Positions 63,519 to 64,000 of a DNA stretch of 64,000 nucleotides are shown piece after piece. Source of the stretch: Candidatus Sumerlaeota bacterium (lineage in GTDB: Bacteria; Sumerlaeota; Sumerlaeia; JAFGJS01); the NCBI GenBank assembly GCA_016928995.1, contig JAFGJS010000094.1:311-64310 (forward strand), read 5' to 3'. The notes below the pieces were generated by a model. That model was not told the origin of the DNA, did not search any database, and saw nothing but the letters and a program-made list of their open reading frames with translations. Position numbers and translations under genes: made by a program. Position 1 is the stretch's first letter. Every line of letters starts with the position of its first letter.

Positions 63519-64000
63519 CTATTCGGAATGAACGGTTGTCGCGGAGGGCGAGGCTTGAATCTCGCCTTCCGCCGCCCATTCGGTGACGCGCCGCATCATG
63601 ACGGCTTCGGCGTCGTTGAGCTCGAGTTTGATCTCTCTTCCTTTTTGCTTTCCGCTTTCGTATCGCATAATTTCAAAATCAGGACCGGGGTATTTGATCA
63701 CCTTGCCCAAGGGGACTTTGCCATCGCGGTTCTTATTGTCATTGATGACGAACCAAAAAGGTTCATGGCTGCGGATTTGATCGCGCATGATGGCGAGAGC
63801 TCGTTCACGATCGCGATACATCAGGTCGACGATTTGGATGGGCCGGCCTTCCCGTTCGGCACACTCAACGTCATGGCGCAGTTCGTAGTTGAATCCCTGC
63901 CAGTATCCAGCGATACAGTGGATCGGATAAATTTCACGCATGCGGCGGACGATTTTCTGCACGCCGTTTCCGGGATTCGCCCACCAAGCGATTGTGTTCG
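63519..64000 (-). CDS. C-terminal part of a hypothetical protein (5' end outside the window)
   Basis: The frame stays open from the window edge (NTIAWWANPGNGVQKIVRR...) to the stop at 63519. Confidence 0.6.
   Translation of the reverse strand, partial: NTIAWWANPGNGVQKIVRRMREIYPIHCIAGYWQGFNYELRHDVECAEREGRPIQIVDLMYRDRERALAIMRDQIRSHEPFWFVINDNKNRDGKVPLGKVIKYPGPDFEIMRYESGKQKGREIKLELNDAEAVMMRRVTEWAAEGEIQASPSATTVHSE

Overview
GC-rich bacterial chromosomal window of mostly core and envelope genes: gpmA, ilvC, mgtE, fhs, proS, tRNA-Gly(CCC), pectin-side-chain CAZymes (GH51, GH78, PL11), two orphan histidine kinases, an FHA-GAF-HD-GYP protein and a VapBC-type TA pair. Several AT-rich single-gene inserts are scattered through it. 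Two things stand out. (1) A divergently arranged ~14 kb locus (5864-19730) encodes a PspA/Vipp1 (ESCRT-III-fold)-like protein, a classical-clade AAA+ ATPase with a Vps4/p97-like pore loop, an NHL beta-propeller lipoprotein, a YqiJ/NfeD-like protein, a long flotillin (SPFH) and an 1859-aa coiled-coil AAA ATPase. It is a candidate bacterial ESCRT-III/Vps4-like, flotillin-scaffolded membrane-remodelling system. (2) A family of elements has inverted arms built from short tandem units: (ACGCAGAG)x3, 8 arms, plus a second (CTTGCT)n family. One pair tightly brackets a GxxExxY PD-(D/E)XK nuclease gene inserted into that operon, while the other arms occur as empty pairs or singly just after stop codons. 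This suggests a nuclease-associated, transposase-free cassette system. All protein calls come from motif recognition by eye; no database searches were run.
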